A DNA stretch of 64,000 bases from positions 672,001 to 736,000 of the forward strand of contig OZ242180.1 in the NCBI GenBank assembly GCA_965205485.1. The letters are read 5' to 3'. The translations under genes and the position numbers were made by a program. The first letter of the stretch is position 1; every line of letters starts with the position of its first letter. The notes beneath the pieces are model-generated. The model worked only from the letters and a program-made list of their open reading frames with translations, had not been told where the DNA came from and made no database searches. This document shows, piece after piece, positions 20,692 through 30,682 of this stretch. The DNA comes from Candidatus Latescibacterota bacterium. Lineage in GTDB: Bacteria; Latescibacterota; UBA2968; GCA-2709665.

Positions 20692-21687
20692 ATGGATAAA
20701 TTCAAACTGAAAGAGTTGGAACTGGCGCCGGACATAACCGGAATTAAGCTGGACACCGATTTTTTCTCGATGGTTGTCGCGCCGGAATTGGGCGGAAAGA
20801 TAACTTCCCTTGTCAATAAGGCGACAGGGCGAGAGTTTCTTTCGCGCACCAATATACCCTACCGCAGGCGCACCTACGCGGACCGTTTCGAGAATTACGA
20901 ACGGGACGGCGCGGACGAGTGTTTTCCCACTGTCGAAGACTGCCCCTATCCCGCCTTTCCGTGGGAAGGGGTGCCGGTTCCGGACCATGGAGAGGTCTGG
21001 ATGCTGCCCTGGCAGTACGACGTCAAGCAGGGACGCCTGCAGATGTGGGTAAGGGGCGTGCGGTTTCCATATGTGTTTCAACGTGACATCCGCTTCGAGA
21101 CGCTGGCGCGCGGAGAAAAGCCATATATCCGGTTTTCTTACACCGTTAGAAATGAAAGCCGGTTTGATTTGCCGTTTGTATATGCGTTCCACCCGCTGTT
21201 TAAAGTGGAAACCCGTGCGCGAATCCTGATGCCTTCCGGTACGGACGTGGTTTCCTACATGAGTACGGAAGACCGCCTGGGACCGCCAATGACACGACAT
21301 ACCTGGCCCAAAGTGACGGATGTGACGCTGGACAAGGACTATAACCGGTCCTCGATCCGGTCCAGCCGTACAAAAGAGGCGGAGAAGATTTACTCCACGC
21401 GCCTGGAGCAGGGCCGCTGCGCGCTGGTCTACCCGAACGGGGAGTTTGTCGGCTTTCTGTTTCCGGCGAAAAAACTCCCCCATCTGGGCTTGTGGATCAA
21501 CGAGGGTGGATGGAATAACCTCCACCACGCGGCGCTGGAGCCGTCCACGTCGCAGGTCGACCGCCTGGATACCGCGTGGGGACTCAAGGCGTGCGGGGTC
21601 GTGCCGGCCAATGGCCAGTACGAATGGGATATCAGCCTGATTCTGGGCGAAGGCGAAGAGCGCCAGGAATTGCTCGGGGAATTTTGA
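20692..21687 (+). CDS. Galactose-mutarotase-like (aldose 1-epimerase/DUF5107-like) protein
   Basis: PELGGKITSL, G.DECFPT, PDHGEVW, HPLF, LGLWIN, ALEP motifs. Confidence 0.78.
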   Translation: MDKFKLKELELAPDITGIKLDTDFFSMVVAPELGGKITSLVNKATGREFLSRTNIPYRRRTYADRFENYERDGADECFPTVEDCPYPAFPWEGVPVPDHGEVWMLPWQYDVKQGRLQMWVRGVRFPYVFQRDIRFETLARGEKPYIRFSYTVRNESRFDLPFVYAFHPLFKVETRARILMPSGTDVVSYMSTEDRLGPPMTRHTWPKVTDVTLDKDYNRSSIRSSRTKEAEKIYSTRLEQGRCALVYPNGEFVGFLFPAKKLPHLGLWINEGGWNNLHHAALEPSTSQVDRLDTAWGLKACGVVPANGQYEWDISLILGEGEERQELLGEF

Positions 21688-21688
21688 G

Positions 21689-23065
21689 GTGCAACGTCTA
21701 TGGATCGCGGTTCTGGTTGCTTTCACTCCGGCGGCGGCGCCCGCCCAATCCACCGGAGATGAAATGGTCCTGGTACAGTCCGGCCAGGAACGGTTCTACA
21801 TGAGCAGGCATGAAGTGACGGTCGAGCAGTTCAAAGTGTTCGATCCGGACTATCATCCGGCGTACACGTATTTCGATGATGCCAATATGCCGGCCACCGC
21901 GATCACGTTCACGCAGGCGAAGGCGTACTGCGAAGCGCAGGATAAGCGCCTGCCAACGTCCGACGAATGGGTCGTTGCGTGCGGCGGTCTGGAGGGAACG
22001 GCCTACGCCTATGGAAACAACTACGACCCGAACCACGCGCGGGTGGGACGAAGGAACTGGACCGACGGGCCCAGGGCGGTGATGAGCTACGGGAAGAACA
22101 AGGCGGGACTGTACGACATGTCCGGAAACGTGTGGGAGTGGGTTGAAGACGGCGGCGGAGAAGGCGGGATGCAAAAGGTGTACGGCGGATCCTGGACGGA
22201 TGGACCCAGGTTGACACGGTGCGGTTCGGCGAGGCGGGCGAAAGTCGATCTGAAATCGCTGAACTATGGTTTCCGGTGCGCCCGCTCTCTGACGGAGGCA
22301 GACCGGAACCGCCTGGCCAGGGCGGAGGCGGAGGCGCGACGGAGAATTCAGGCGCGTGTCCGCAGGGAAGCCGCCCGCCGCAAGGCCGCGATCAAGGCCG
22401 CAGAGGCGGCCCGAAAGGCGAAGATCGACGCACAGGCGAAGACGGCCACGGAAGCCGAACTTGCCGAAGAACAGGCTCAGGCGGCAGAGGCGGAGCGAAG
22501 AGCCGCGGCTTTTGCCAAAAAGGTCGAAGGCATGCTGAAGGTTGAGACCTCCGCTTTCCAGACCTTTTACATCGATCCTCACGAAGTCAGCGTTGAGGCA
22601 TATCGGGCGTTTAATTCCACTTACAGGCCGGACGAATTCTCTAACGGTCCACGAATGCCGGCCACCGGAATAAACCACGAACAGGCGCGCGAATACTGCG
22701 GTTCCCTCGGCAAGAGGCTGCCTACATCCGAGGAATGGGTTGCGGCGTGCCTGGGTGAAACGGGCAATATCTATTCGTACGGGAAGCGCTACGATCCCGC
22801 AAGGGCCCGGACCGGCCTGGCGTGGAATGCCGGTGCCGGCGAAGTGGCCAGGGGAGACCCCAACGTCTATGGCGCTACGGATATGGTGGGCAACGTCTGG
22901 GAATGGGTGGACGGTTGGTATGGAAACAACAGGGAACTCCGTGCGATATACGGGGGCTCATGGCTTGACGACGAAAAGCGAGCAAAATGCACTGGCGCAG
23001 GTTGGGCGGAACCCGATGACAAACGGTCGGACGTTGGGTTTCGCTGTGCGGTGGGAGTCGAATAG
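21689..23065 (+). CDS. Secreted protein with two formylglycine-generating-enzyme-like (SUMF1/EgtB/PvdO) domains
   Basis: Signal peptide; two copies of HEV..RLPT..EW..GNVWEW..GGSW..GFRC separated by an Ala/Glu/Arg-rich helical linker. Confidence 0.88.
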   Translation: MQRLWIAVLVAFTPAAAPAQSTGDEMVLVQSGQERFYMSRHEVTVEQFKVFDPDYHPAYTYFDDANMPATAITFTQAKAYCEAQDKRLPTSDEWVVACGGLEGTAYAYGNNYDPNHARVGRRNWTDGPRAVMSYGKNKAGLYDMSGNVWEWVEDGGGEGGMQKVYGGSWTDGPRLTRCGSARRAKVDLKSLNYGFRCARSLTEADRNRLARAEAEARRRIQARVRREAARRKAAIKAAEAARKAKIDAQAKTATEAELAEEQAQAAEAERRAAAFAKKVEGMLKVETSAFQTFYIDPHEVSVEAYRAFNSTYRPDEFSNGPRMPATGINHEQAREYCGSLGKRLPTSEEWVAACLGETGNIYSYGKRYDPARARTGLAWNAGAGEVARGDPNVYGATDMVGNVWEWVDGWYGNNRELRAIYGGSWLDDEKRAKCTGAGWAEPDDKRSDVGFRCAVGVE

Positions 23066-23067
23066 GA

Positions 23068-24549
23068 ATGCGTAACTCAAGACGGAAGCGGCCGCCTGTA
23101 GTCTGGCGGACTGCCGGGTTCATTCTGATCTGCATCGGTGCCTGGAGTTGCGGTGTCAGCCGGCAGGAAGTCGAGCTGGCAGAAAGAGACGCGCTGAATA
23201 CCGTACTCAGTCTTGTTCACAACGGCGATCTGGATGTCGCCCTCGTTGCGGAGGGCGTATCGGTCCTCGGGAGTCTGGATGGCATTGATGTTCGATCCGC
23301 ATTCCTGACCCTTCTGGAACATCCGGATGAAATTGTCGTTTTGCGGGCGGTGGAAGCGCTTGGAAGACACGAAGGTCCCGGCGTCGTCGACGCGCTCAGA
23401 GGTGTGTTCGAGAAAACCGAAAACGCCCTGGTGAAAGTGGAGGTTGCGGCCGCGCTGGAACGTCTGAACGCCGAGTCAATGGCTCCCTGGCTGGCGGAAA
23501 CGCTCGGAAACGGCCAGATGGCCATGGTTCGATCCAGGGCCGCCGCCGCATTCGGTCAGCTGGAGAACCCGACGGCCGTCCCGGCGCTCAGACGCGCGTT
23601 TGGAGAAGATCCGGATCCGGTTGTCCGATCTTCCGCGGCATTGGCGCTGGCCAGGCTGGAGGATCTGCAGAGTCTGCCTGTCATCGCCGATACCCTGCTG
23701 GAAACCCGTCAGCTTTCCACCTCGCTGGTCATGGTGGAGGCTCTGGAGGAATTCGGAACCGCCGAGGCGATCGAACATCTTGAGACTGTAGCGAAACAGA
23801 CGTCGTGGCAACATTCCCTGCGAATCCGTTGCCTGGAAGCACTGGGAGGACTGTCCGAGAGGACGATTGGCGTCTACCTCAAGGAACAGCTGCTGGAAGA
23901 AGGACACCCAATGAACCGGTTGCTGGCTGTGGACGGGTTGGGGTGGATTCAGGACTCAACGGCGGTGGAACTCCTGCGGTCGGCCTTTTTCGGCCCTGAA
24001 AACCAGCCGCTACGGCTCAGCGCGGCATGGTCGCTGGCCCGGCTTGGCCACGGGTTCGAAATTTCGGAGGAACTGGAAGACGACCTGAAGAGCAAGCACA
24101 TTCCGTTTCGAAGGCGCGCCGCGGAGATCTTGGGTATCATTGCAGATGAACGACGGATCCCGGCATTGAGGAACGCGTTTTCGGAAAACAGGGGATTCTC
24201 GGTTCGTCTGGCGGTTGTGCAGGCCCTGGGCAAAATCCATAGCGCCGGGTCGGTCGAGGCGCTGGGGTGGGCGTTTCATCAGGACGGGTCGCTGGAAATC
24301 AGGGAGTCCATAATTGACGCGCTTGGACAGATTACCCTGACAGAGGCGAATGAAGCGCTGAACGAAATCCTTTCGGAGAACGAAGAAGCGGTTCTACAGG
24401 CGGCGGCTTTGAGAGGATTGGCGCGGTCCGGCGACATCAATCAGTTGAAGACGCTTCGCACTTACATTAAGAACGCCGAACCGGGCTTGCGCCTGGAAGC
24501 CGCCAGAGGAATCTTGGAGCTCGCCCGCGGGGAGATTCAGCAGGGCTGA
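23068..24549 (+). CDS. HEAT-repeat lipoprotein
   Basis: Lipobox-like AWSC; many VR..AA.ALG-type HEAT/PBS repeats. Confidence 0.82.
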   Translation: MRNSRRKRPPVVWRTAGFILICIGAWSCGVSRQEVELAERDALNTVLSLVHNGDLDVALVAEGVSVLGSLDGIDVRSAFLTLLEHPDEIVVLRAVEALGRHEGPGVVDALRGVFEKTENALVKVEVAAALERLNAESMAPWLAETLGNGQMAMVRSRAAAAFGQLENPTAVPALRRAFGEDPDPVVRSSAALALARLEDLQSLPVIADTLLETRQLSTSLVMVEALEEFGTAEAIEHLETVAKQTSWQHSLRIRCLEALGGLSERTIGVYLKEQLLEEGHPMNRLLAVDGLGWIQDSTAVELLRSAFFGPENQPLRLSAAWSLARLGHGFEISEELEDDLKSKHIPFRRRAAEILGIIADERRIPALRNAFSENRGFSVRLAVVQALGKIHSAGSVEALGWAFHQDGSLEIRESIIDALGQITLTEANEALNEILSENEEAVLQAAALRGLARSGDINQLKTLRTYIKNAEPGLRLEAARGILELARGEIQQG

Positions 24550-24674
24550 CGCGGGAGTCTTTTCATCCGGTTATTCTGCGGAATTCTAGTGTTCTGTCCC
24601 AGAAATAAGTTGCCTAAATTCGGCCGCCGAATGGTGAGGAATTTTTGGGACAGGACACCAGTTGCGAAGGACAG

Positions 24675-25865
24675 ATGAATATACGTTCCAATATACCTGT
24701 CTGGTTGTTTGTGGTCTGTTTCCTGTTATCGACCGCATCGGCGCAGACAACGACCGATATCGATTTCGACGGCAACCATGTGATCGATTTTGGGGATTTC
24801 GTCCTCCTCGCGCAGGCATTCGGGACCGGGGACGCGCGGTTTGACCTCAACGGCGACGGTGCCGTCGATCTTCAGGATTTCCTGATCTTCGCGCGCCTGT
24901 ACGACAAAGCCCAACACACGGTGATGCATTCTCATGTCGACGAAGAGCTCGCTGTCGGTTCGGTCGATGTCTATGACGTGCCGACCCAGGGAAGCCAGCC
25001 TCAGGATATCGTGGTCGACGTCCTTGGCCGCGTCTGGTTTACGCAGCCGGGCGCAAACCAGATCGGACGTTTCGATCCCTCAACCGAGACATTTGTCGAA
25101 TTTCCATTGCCGACCCCTGGCGGTCGGCCGGCCCGGCTTGCCGTTGACGGCCGCGGTATTGTCTGGTTTACGGATATTGTCGCGAACGCGGTCGGCCGGC
25201 TCGACCCGATTTCTGAAGAAATCCGGACGTATCCCGTTCCCACCCCGGGAAGCCGGCCCAGCGGCCTGGTTTTCGATCGCAAGGGTTACCTCTGGTTCAT
25301 GCAGGAATCCGGCAACCAGATCGGCCGTCTCGATCCTGATCGCGGCACGTTCGAAGAGTATCCTGTGTTCACGCCTTCGGCTGGTCTGGACGAGATACAG
25401 ATCGACAGTGAAGGCATATTGGTGTTTTCGGAGCGAGCCGTCGGAAAATTCGGCCGGATGAATCCGGAGACGAAAGAGATTGCCGAGATCGAAATACCCG
25501 TCCAGGATCTGACCATCAGACAGTTCGTGTTGGACGCGGGAGATCAGATCTGGTTTGCCGCGAATTCTTTCCAACTGCACATGTGGGACCTGCTTGCCAC
25601 GGGTAACTTCGCAAGTTATATCCTGCCTGAAGATGGGCCCGATCCATCCTCGCTGGCTGTGGACCTTAACGGACGTATCTGGTACGCGGCCGATCAGTCC
25701 AGGTATTCCGCCAGGTTCGATCCGGAGGCTACCAGCATCAGGATACTCGAACTGCCGAATTCGGTTTCAGGAGTGGGAAGGCTGACAGTGGATCGGCTCG
25801 GAAAGATCTGGTTTACCGATCCTACCGGGAACCGGATCGGAAGCGTGGAGGACATCGGTCCCTGA
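24675..25865 (+). CDS. Secreted dockerin/EF-hand-like + virginiamycin B lyase (Vgb)-like beta-propeller protein
   Basis: Signal peptide; DFDGNHVIDFGDF and DLNGDGAVDLQDF pair; repeated G.VWFT....N.IGR.DP blades. Confidence 0.82.
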   Translation: MNIRSNIPVWLFVVCFLLSTASAQTTTDIDFDGNHVIDFGDFVLLAQAFGTGDARFDLNGDGAVDLQDFLIFARLYDKAQHTVMHSHVDEELAVGSVDVYDVPTQGSQPQDIVVDVLGRVWFTQPGANQIGRFDPSTETFVEFPLPTPGGRPARLAVDGRGIVWFTDIVANAVGRLDPISEEIRTYPVPTPGSRPSGLVFDRKGYLWFMQESGNQIGRLDPDRGTFEEYPVFTPSAGLDEIQIDSEGILVFSERAVGKFGRMNPETKEIAEIEIPVQDLTIRQFVLDAGDQIWFAANSFQLHMWDLLATGNFASYILPEDGPDPSSLAVDLNGRIWYAADQSRYSARFDPEATSIRILELPNSVSGVGRLTVDRLGKIWFTDPTGNRIGSVEDIGP

Positions 25866-25943
25866 GACGTCTCTCTCATTGCCCGACGTGTACGTCTCAA
25901 TCTCAGAGATTGCGGCGTTTTTTTGTGTAACGATAGAAAGAAA

Positions 25944-25972
25944 TTGACACGGCGGGGTGGCTTAGGTACCAT
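25944..25972 (+). promoter_or_regulatory. Putative sigma70 promoter of the ABC importer operon
   Basis: TTGACA-N17-TACCAT. Confidence 0.6.
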
Positions 25973-26029
25973 TCCGGCCGACGTTGCAGTTGTAGAGTCA
26001 AACCCCGAATAGAAGCGAATGGACCAGCC

Positions 26030-27448
26030 ATGAAGCACCGAATTCTACCCTTTTTCTTTTTCTGTATACTCATTCCCGTCACAATTCAGGCCGCGACCGA
26101 ACGGCTGGTTCTGATCTCGCCCCATCCGGACGGCGTCCAGAACGAGTTTGAAGCGGCCTTCAAGTCCCACTATTCCAGGCTGACGGGCAGGGAGGTTGTC
26201 CTGGAATGGCTCGACGTCGGCGGTGGCACGAGCTCGATTCTGAGATACGTCAAATCGGAATTTCGCCGTGCGCCCGGCGGAATCGGTATCGACGTCTTCT
26301 TCGGCGGAGGCCTGGACCCGTTTATGGAAATCGCCGAGATGGGCCTCTGCTCTGCCCATCGCCTGCCTGAGGCCCTGCTGGATCGATTGCCACGAAAAAT
26401 CGGGGGCGTACCTCTGTTCGATCCGAACTATCGCTGGTACGGCGCCACCCTGGCCGGTTTCGGAATCGTGTACAACAGGGCCGTTCTCGACCTTGTGGAC
26501 CTGCCGGCCCCGCGGACCTGGGCCGACCTTGGAGATCCGGAGCTCTTTTCGTGGGTCGGGTCGGGAGATCCACGAAGCAGCGGCAGCGTACACATGGCCT
26601 ATGAGTTGATCCTTCAGGCATATGGCTGGGAGCGAGGCTGGGAGGTCATTACAACTCTGGGGGCCAATGTGCGCAATTTCACCTCGGGCGGCTCACAGGC
26701 GCCCAAGGACGTCGCCGTCGGCGAGGTGGCCTACGGCCTGTCCATCGACTTCTATGCCTGGGCCCAGGCCGGCCAGGTGGGGGAAGATTATATCGGATTC
26801 ACGATGCCCGACAACCTGACCATCGTCAATCCAGACGGGGTGGCCATCCTTAAAGGCGCATCCAACCTGCGGGCGGCAAGGCGTTTCGTCGAATTCGTCA
26901 TGTCGGACTCGGGCCAGAAACTCTGGTTTCTGAAAAAGGGTGTGCCGGGCGGCCCCCGGGAAACCGCGCTGAACCGGTTTACGGTATTGCCCGATCTCTA
27001 CCGGCGGTACCGCGATCAGGCCGCCGTTGCGTTGAACCCATTCGAGTGGAAGTCCGACCTCGTCTATGACTCGGAGAAGGCGTCAAACCGATGGCGCGTA
27101 TTGAACGACCTGATCGGCGTCATGGTGATCGATTCCCACCAGCAGCTTCAGACCGCATGGAAAACGGCGATTATGGAAGGAATAACCCCTGAGCGTGTTC
27201 GACGGCTCGCGAAAGTACCCGTCAGCGAAGAAGCCTGCGGCCGTCTGGGCCCCCGTTGGCGGGATGCAGAACTGCGCAACAGGACCCTGGCGTCATGGAC
27301 GGAATTCGCACGGAACAAATACGGAGTGTCAGAGCCTCCGTTTCGAAGGCGTCTTCTGGACAGGCTGACGCTCCTGTTCCCGTTGGGCCTTGCAGGCGCC
27401 ATGGTGATCTACCTCGCAAAGACATCGCTTCCCTCGTTCAGACGGTAA
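26030..27448 (+). CDS. ABC transporter substrate-binding protein (Fe3+/thiamine/AfuA-like)
   Basis: Signal peptide, DVFFGGG, GIVYN, P.TW.DL, DPRSSGS; upstream of an ATPase and a permease. Confidence 0.85.
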   Translation: MKHRILPFFFFCILIPVTIQAATERLVLISPHPDGVQNEFEAAFKSHYSRLTGREVVLEWLDVGGGTSSILRYVKSEFRRAPGGIGIDVFFGGGLDPFMEIAEMGLCSAHRLPEALLDRLPRKIGGVPLFDPNYRWYGATLAGFGIVYNRAVLDLVDLPAPRTWADLGDPELFSWVGSGDPRSSGSVHMAYELILQAYGWERGWEVITTLGANVRNFTSGGSQAPKDVAVGEVAYGLSIDFYAWAQAGQVGEDYIGFTMPDNLTIVNPDGVAILKGASNLRAARRFVEFVMSDSGQKLWFLKKGVPGGPRETALNRFTVLPDLYRRYRDQAAVALNPFEWKSDLVYDSEKASNRWRVLNDLIGVMVIDSHQQLQTAWKTAIMEGITPERVRRLAKVPVSEEACGRLGPRWRDAELRNRTLASWTEFARNKYGVSEPPFRRRLLDRLTLLFPLGLAGAMVIYLAKTSLPSFRR

Positions 27449-27465
27449 CTCGCCCCCGGCCCCTC

Positions 27466-27678
27466 AGAAGCGGGTAGACGGTAGACGGAAGAAGGTAGTA
27501 GACCACACCCCGCCCCACCACCTGGTGAGACGTAAGCCGGGACAGGTTAGAGATCGCATGCCGCGTAAGATTTCCTGTCATTCCGCAGGCAAGACGGAGG
27601 AACACATCGGCAAGGGCTTCTTCTACCGTCTCACCGCTTCCGTCTCACCGCTTTTGGTCTACCCTCTACCCGCATTCT
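27466..27678. repeat. Intergenic element bounded by inverted heptamer-type repeats
   Basis: agaagcgggtagacggtagacggaaga at the left, gtctaccctctacccgcattct at the right (near reverse complements); related agacggaagaaggt...ccacacc tract at about 60694-60751. Confidence 0.5.
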
Positions 27679-27758
27679 GGCTCTTTGTAGCCAATATGAC
27701 TGTTGCCTTTCTTCGAATTGAGGCTAAAAACAGCCTCCAGAGGACATGAGGGCGTACC

Positions 27759-28985
27759 ATGGTGCGTGTTCGACTGCAGGACGTCACAAAACGATTCGGC
27801 AGCGTCGTCGCTGTTGAATGCGTGGATATCGAAATTGAGAAAGGCGAATTCTATTTCCTGCTGGGACCTTCCGGATGCGGCAAGACCACGTTGTTGAGAA
27901 CGGTCGCCGGATTCTACAGGCCGGAACGCGGACGCGTGTTTTTTGACGATCGGGACGTTACCGGTGTCCCGCCTGAAAAGCGAAACACTGGAATGGTCTT
28001 TCAGAACTACGCACTATGGCCCCATATGACGGTCTGGCAGAACGTTGTTGAGAACGGTCGCCGGATTCTACAGGCCGGAACGCGGACGCGTGTTTTTTGA
28101 CGATCGGGACGTTACCGGTGTCCCGCCTGAAAAGCGAAACACTGGAATGGTCTTTCAAAACTACGCACTATGGCCCCATATGTGGAGTACGGCCTTTCCC
28201 TGCGCGACATTGCGCCGCGAAAACGCGCCGATCGGATCCGGAGGGCGTTGCAGATGGTGAGAATGGAAGGCTACCGGGACCGGTCCCCCAATCAGCTGTC
28301 AGGCGGGCAGCAGCAGCGCGTGGCGCTGGCGCGGGCACTCGTGATCGAACCCGACGTGGTGTTGCTGGACGAACCGCTCTCCAATCTCGACGCACGGCTG
28401 CGGCTGGAGATGAGGGAACAGATCCAGGCGTTGCACCAGAGCCTGGGGATCACCATGATCTATGTCACGCACGACCAGAAAGAAGCGCTGGCGATGGCCA
28501 GCCGCGTCGCCGTGATGCAGGCGGGTCGGGTCGTGCAGTCCGGTTCTCCCAGGACGTTGTATTCGAAGCCGGCCAACCGGTTTGTCGCGGACTTCATCGG
28601 TGAAATCAACCTGATTTCGGGCAAGGTCGTTCTGATCGACGAGAACATCGGCGTCAAAACGGGGGTGGGTGTCCTGTACGGCGGGCCGGGCTACGACGGC
28701 ATCCGGAAAGGCGACCGTGTATTGTGCGCCATCCGCCCCGAGGCCATGGAATTCCACGCGGGCAGTCCGGGCGAGGCGGACCATGTCGTCGCCGGGACGG
28801 TCCGGAACGCGATATACCTGGGCGAAATGGAACAGTATGTTGTGGACCTTTCGGACGGAACTCAGGTGAAGCTCTTGGAGAGCCATCCGCGGGTCCGGAG
28901 AGCATTTCCCGGCGATCGCGTGAGCATCCGGTTTGCCCGGGACTCGATATCAATACTACGGGACGAAGGTGAAAACTCTGCTTGA
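27759..28985 (+). pseudogene. ABC transporter ATP-binding protein (PotA/FbpC-like) interrupted by a 138-nt duplicated insert
   Basis: Walker A GPSGCGKT in ORF 27759-28100; LSGGQQQR and DEP in ORF 28170-28985, same frame. 27888-28028 is repeated at 28042-28182; deleting 28044-28181 restores ...HMTVWQNVEYGL... (362 aa). Confidence 0.85.
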
Positions 28986-30663
28986 TCGATACGATCTGAC
29001 CGGGTCCAGGGTCCTCTTTCTGGCGGGACTGTCTGCCTTTTTTGTGTCTTTTCTGTTCTATCCGCTCTGGTACGCCGTTGTGCGAGCGCTGTGGGTGAAC
29101 GGAGAATTCTCGCTCGTTTTCTTTGAGTTGATGGCAGGCAATCCGGTCTACACGGAAATGATTCTGAACAGCTTCCGCCTCGGCATGTTCACCACAATCG
29201 CAACGACACTGCTGAGCCTTCCCGTCGCATTCCTGCTGGTACGATATGACTTCAGGGGCAAGAACGTCCTCAACGGTCTGATCCTGGTGCCCATGGTCCT
29301 CCCGCCGTTCGTGGGCGCGATCGGGATGAAACAGATGTTCGCCCGCTTCGGATCAATCAACCTTCTGCTGCTCGAGCTGGGTATCGTCGACCAGCCCATC
29401 GACTGGTTCGGCGGCGGGTTTACGGGTGTGGTCATTCTGCAGGTGCTGCACCTCTATCCCATTATGTTCCTGAACGTGGCCGCGGCGCTGGCGAACATCG
29501 ACCCCAGCCTCGAAGAGGCCGCCCGCAACATGGGGGCCCGAGGTTTCAGGCTGTTTCGAACCGTGACCTTTCCGCTGATGTTGCCTGGCTATTTCGCGGG
29601 TGCGATCATTGTTTTCATCTGGGCGTTTACCGACCTTGGTACACCGCTGATCTTCAACTATCGCCAGGTGGTGATGGTCGAGATATTCAACGCAATATCA
29701 GATATCAACGAAAATCCAATGGCGTATGCGCTCGTGGTTTTTCTGTTGTTGCTGACCGTGTTGTTTTTCTACCTGTCCAAGCTGATGCTGGGCAAGGGAC
29801 GGTACGAAATGGTTGCACGGGGACACGTGGGATCGGCCGTGCGCCGTGCTACGCCAGGGATGACCGCGTTTATCTACGGAGTAATGATCTCACTGACAGC
29901 CATCGCGCTGATCCCTCACCTGAGCGTATTCCTGACCTCGATCTCAGAGCGCTGGTTCATGTCGATCTGGCCGCAGGAAATCACAGGCAAGTACTATCCG
30001 CTCGTATATCGGCACCCGATCGCGGGCCCCAGTGTAACCATGAGCCTGATGCTGAGTTCTCTAAGTACGATTTGCGACGTGGTACTCGGCATATCCATAG
30101 CCTATCTGCTTGCCCGCACCCGGATCCCGTTCCGAGGCGCGCTGGATGCGGTCGCAATGCTGCCCCTGGCATTGCCTGGCCCGGTGCTGGCTTTCGGGTA
30201 TCTGGCCGGGTATTCCGGCACCTTTCTGGATGCAAGACACAATCCGGTGCCTCTGCTGGTTATCGCATACGCGGTGAGACGCCTGCCGTATATGGTCAGG
30301 TCTGCCTACGCCGGATTCCAGCAAAGCAGTGTCGCCCTTGAAGAAGCGGCCAGGAATCTGGGCGCTTCTCCCCTGCGCACGACTTTGCAGATTACCTTCC
30401 CGCTCATTCTCGCGAATCTGGTCGCGGGCGCCATTCTCTGTTTTTCCTTTGCCATGCTGGAAGTCAGCGACAGCCTGATACTTGCGTTGAAGACGCAGTA
30501 TTACCCCATTACCAAGGCCATCTACGCGCTGATGGGCAGGATTGCGGATGGGCCATACATCGCCAGCGCGATGGGGATGCTGGGCATGCTGCTTCTCATG
30601 CTCAGCCTCTTCCTGGCAGGACGCTTCCTGGGCCGGCGCATGGGGGAGTTGTTCCGTGCGTAG
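28969..30663 (+). CDS. ABC transporter permease (FbpB/ThiP-like, two EAA loops)
   Basis: Two LEEAARN.GA motifs and many TM segments; GTG start near 28969. Confidence 0.9.
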   Translation: MKTLLDRYDLTGSRVLFLAGLSAFFVSFLFYPLWYAVVRALWVNGEFSLVFFELMAGNPVYTEMILNSFRLGMFTTIATTLLSLPVAFLLVRYDFRGKNVLNGLILVPMVLPPFVGAIGMKQMFARFGSINLLLLELGIVDQPIDWFGGGFTGVVILQVLHLYPIMFLNVAAALANIDPSLEEAARNMGARGFRLFRTVTFPLMLPGYFAGAIIVFIWAFTDLGTPLIFNYRQVVMVEIFNAISDINENPMAYALVVFLLLLTVLFFYLSKLMLGKGRYEMVARGHVGSAVRRATPGMTAFIYGVMISLTAIALIPHLSVFLTSISERWFMSIWPQEITGKYYPLVYRHPIAGPSVTMSLMLSSLSTICDVVLGISIAYLLARTRIPFRGALDAVAMLPLALPGPVLAFGYLAGYSGTFLDARHNPVPLLVIAYAVRRLPYMVRSAYAGFQQSSVALEEAARNLGASPLRTTLQITFPLILANLVAGAILCFSFAMLEVSDSLILALKTQYYPITKAIYALMGRIADGPYIASAMGMLGMLLLMLSLFLAGRFLGRRMGELFRA

Positions 30664-30682
30664 CAAAAGGAGAACATTGGAG

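Noticed and set aside
21689..23065. FGE/CLec domains as diversity-generating retroelement targets
   Set aside because: No reverse transcriptase and no template-repeat copy differing at adenines in this window.
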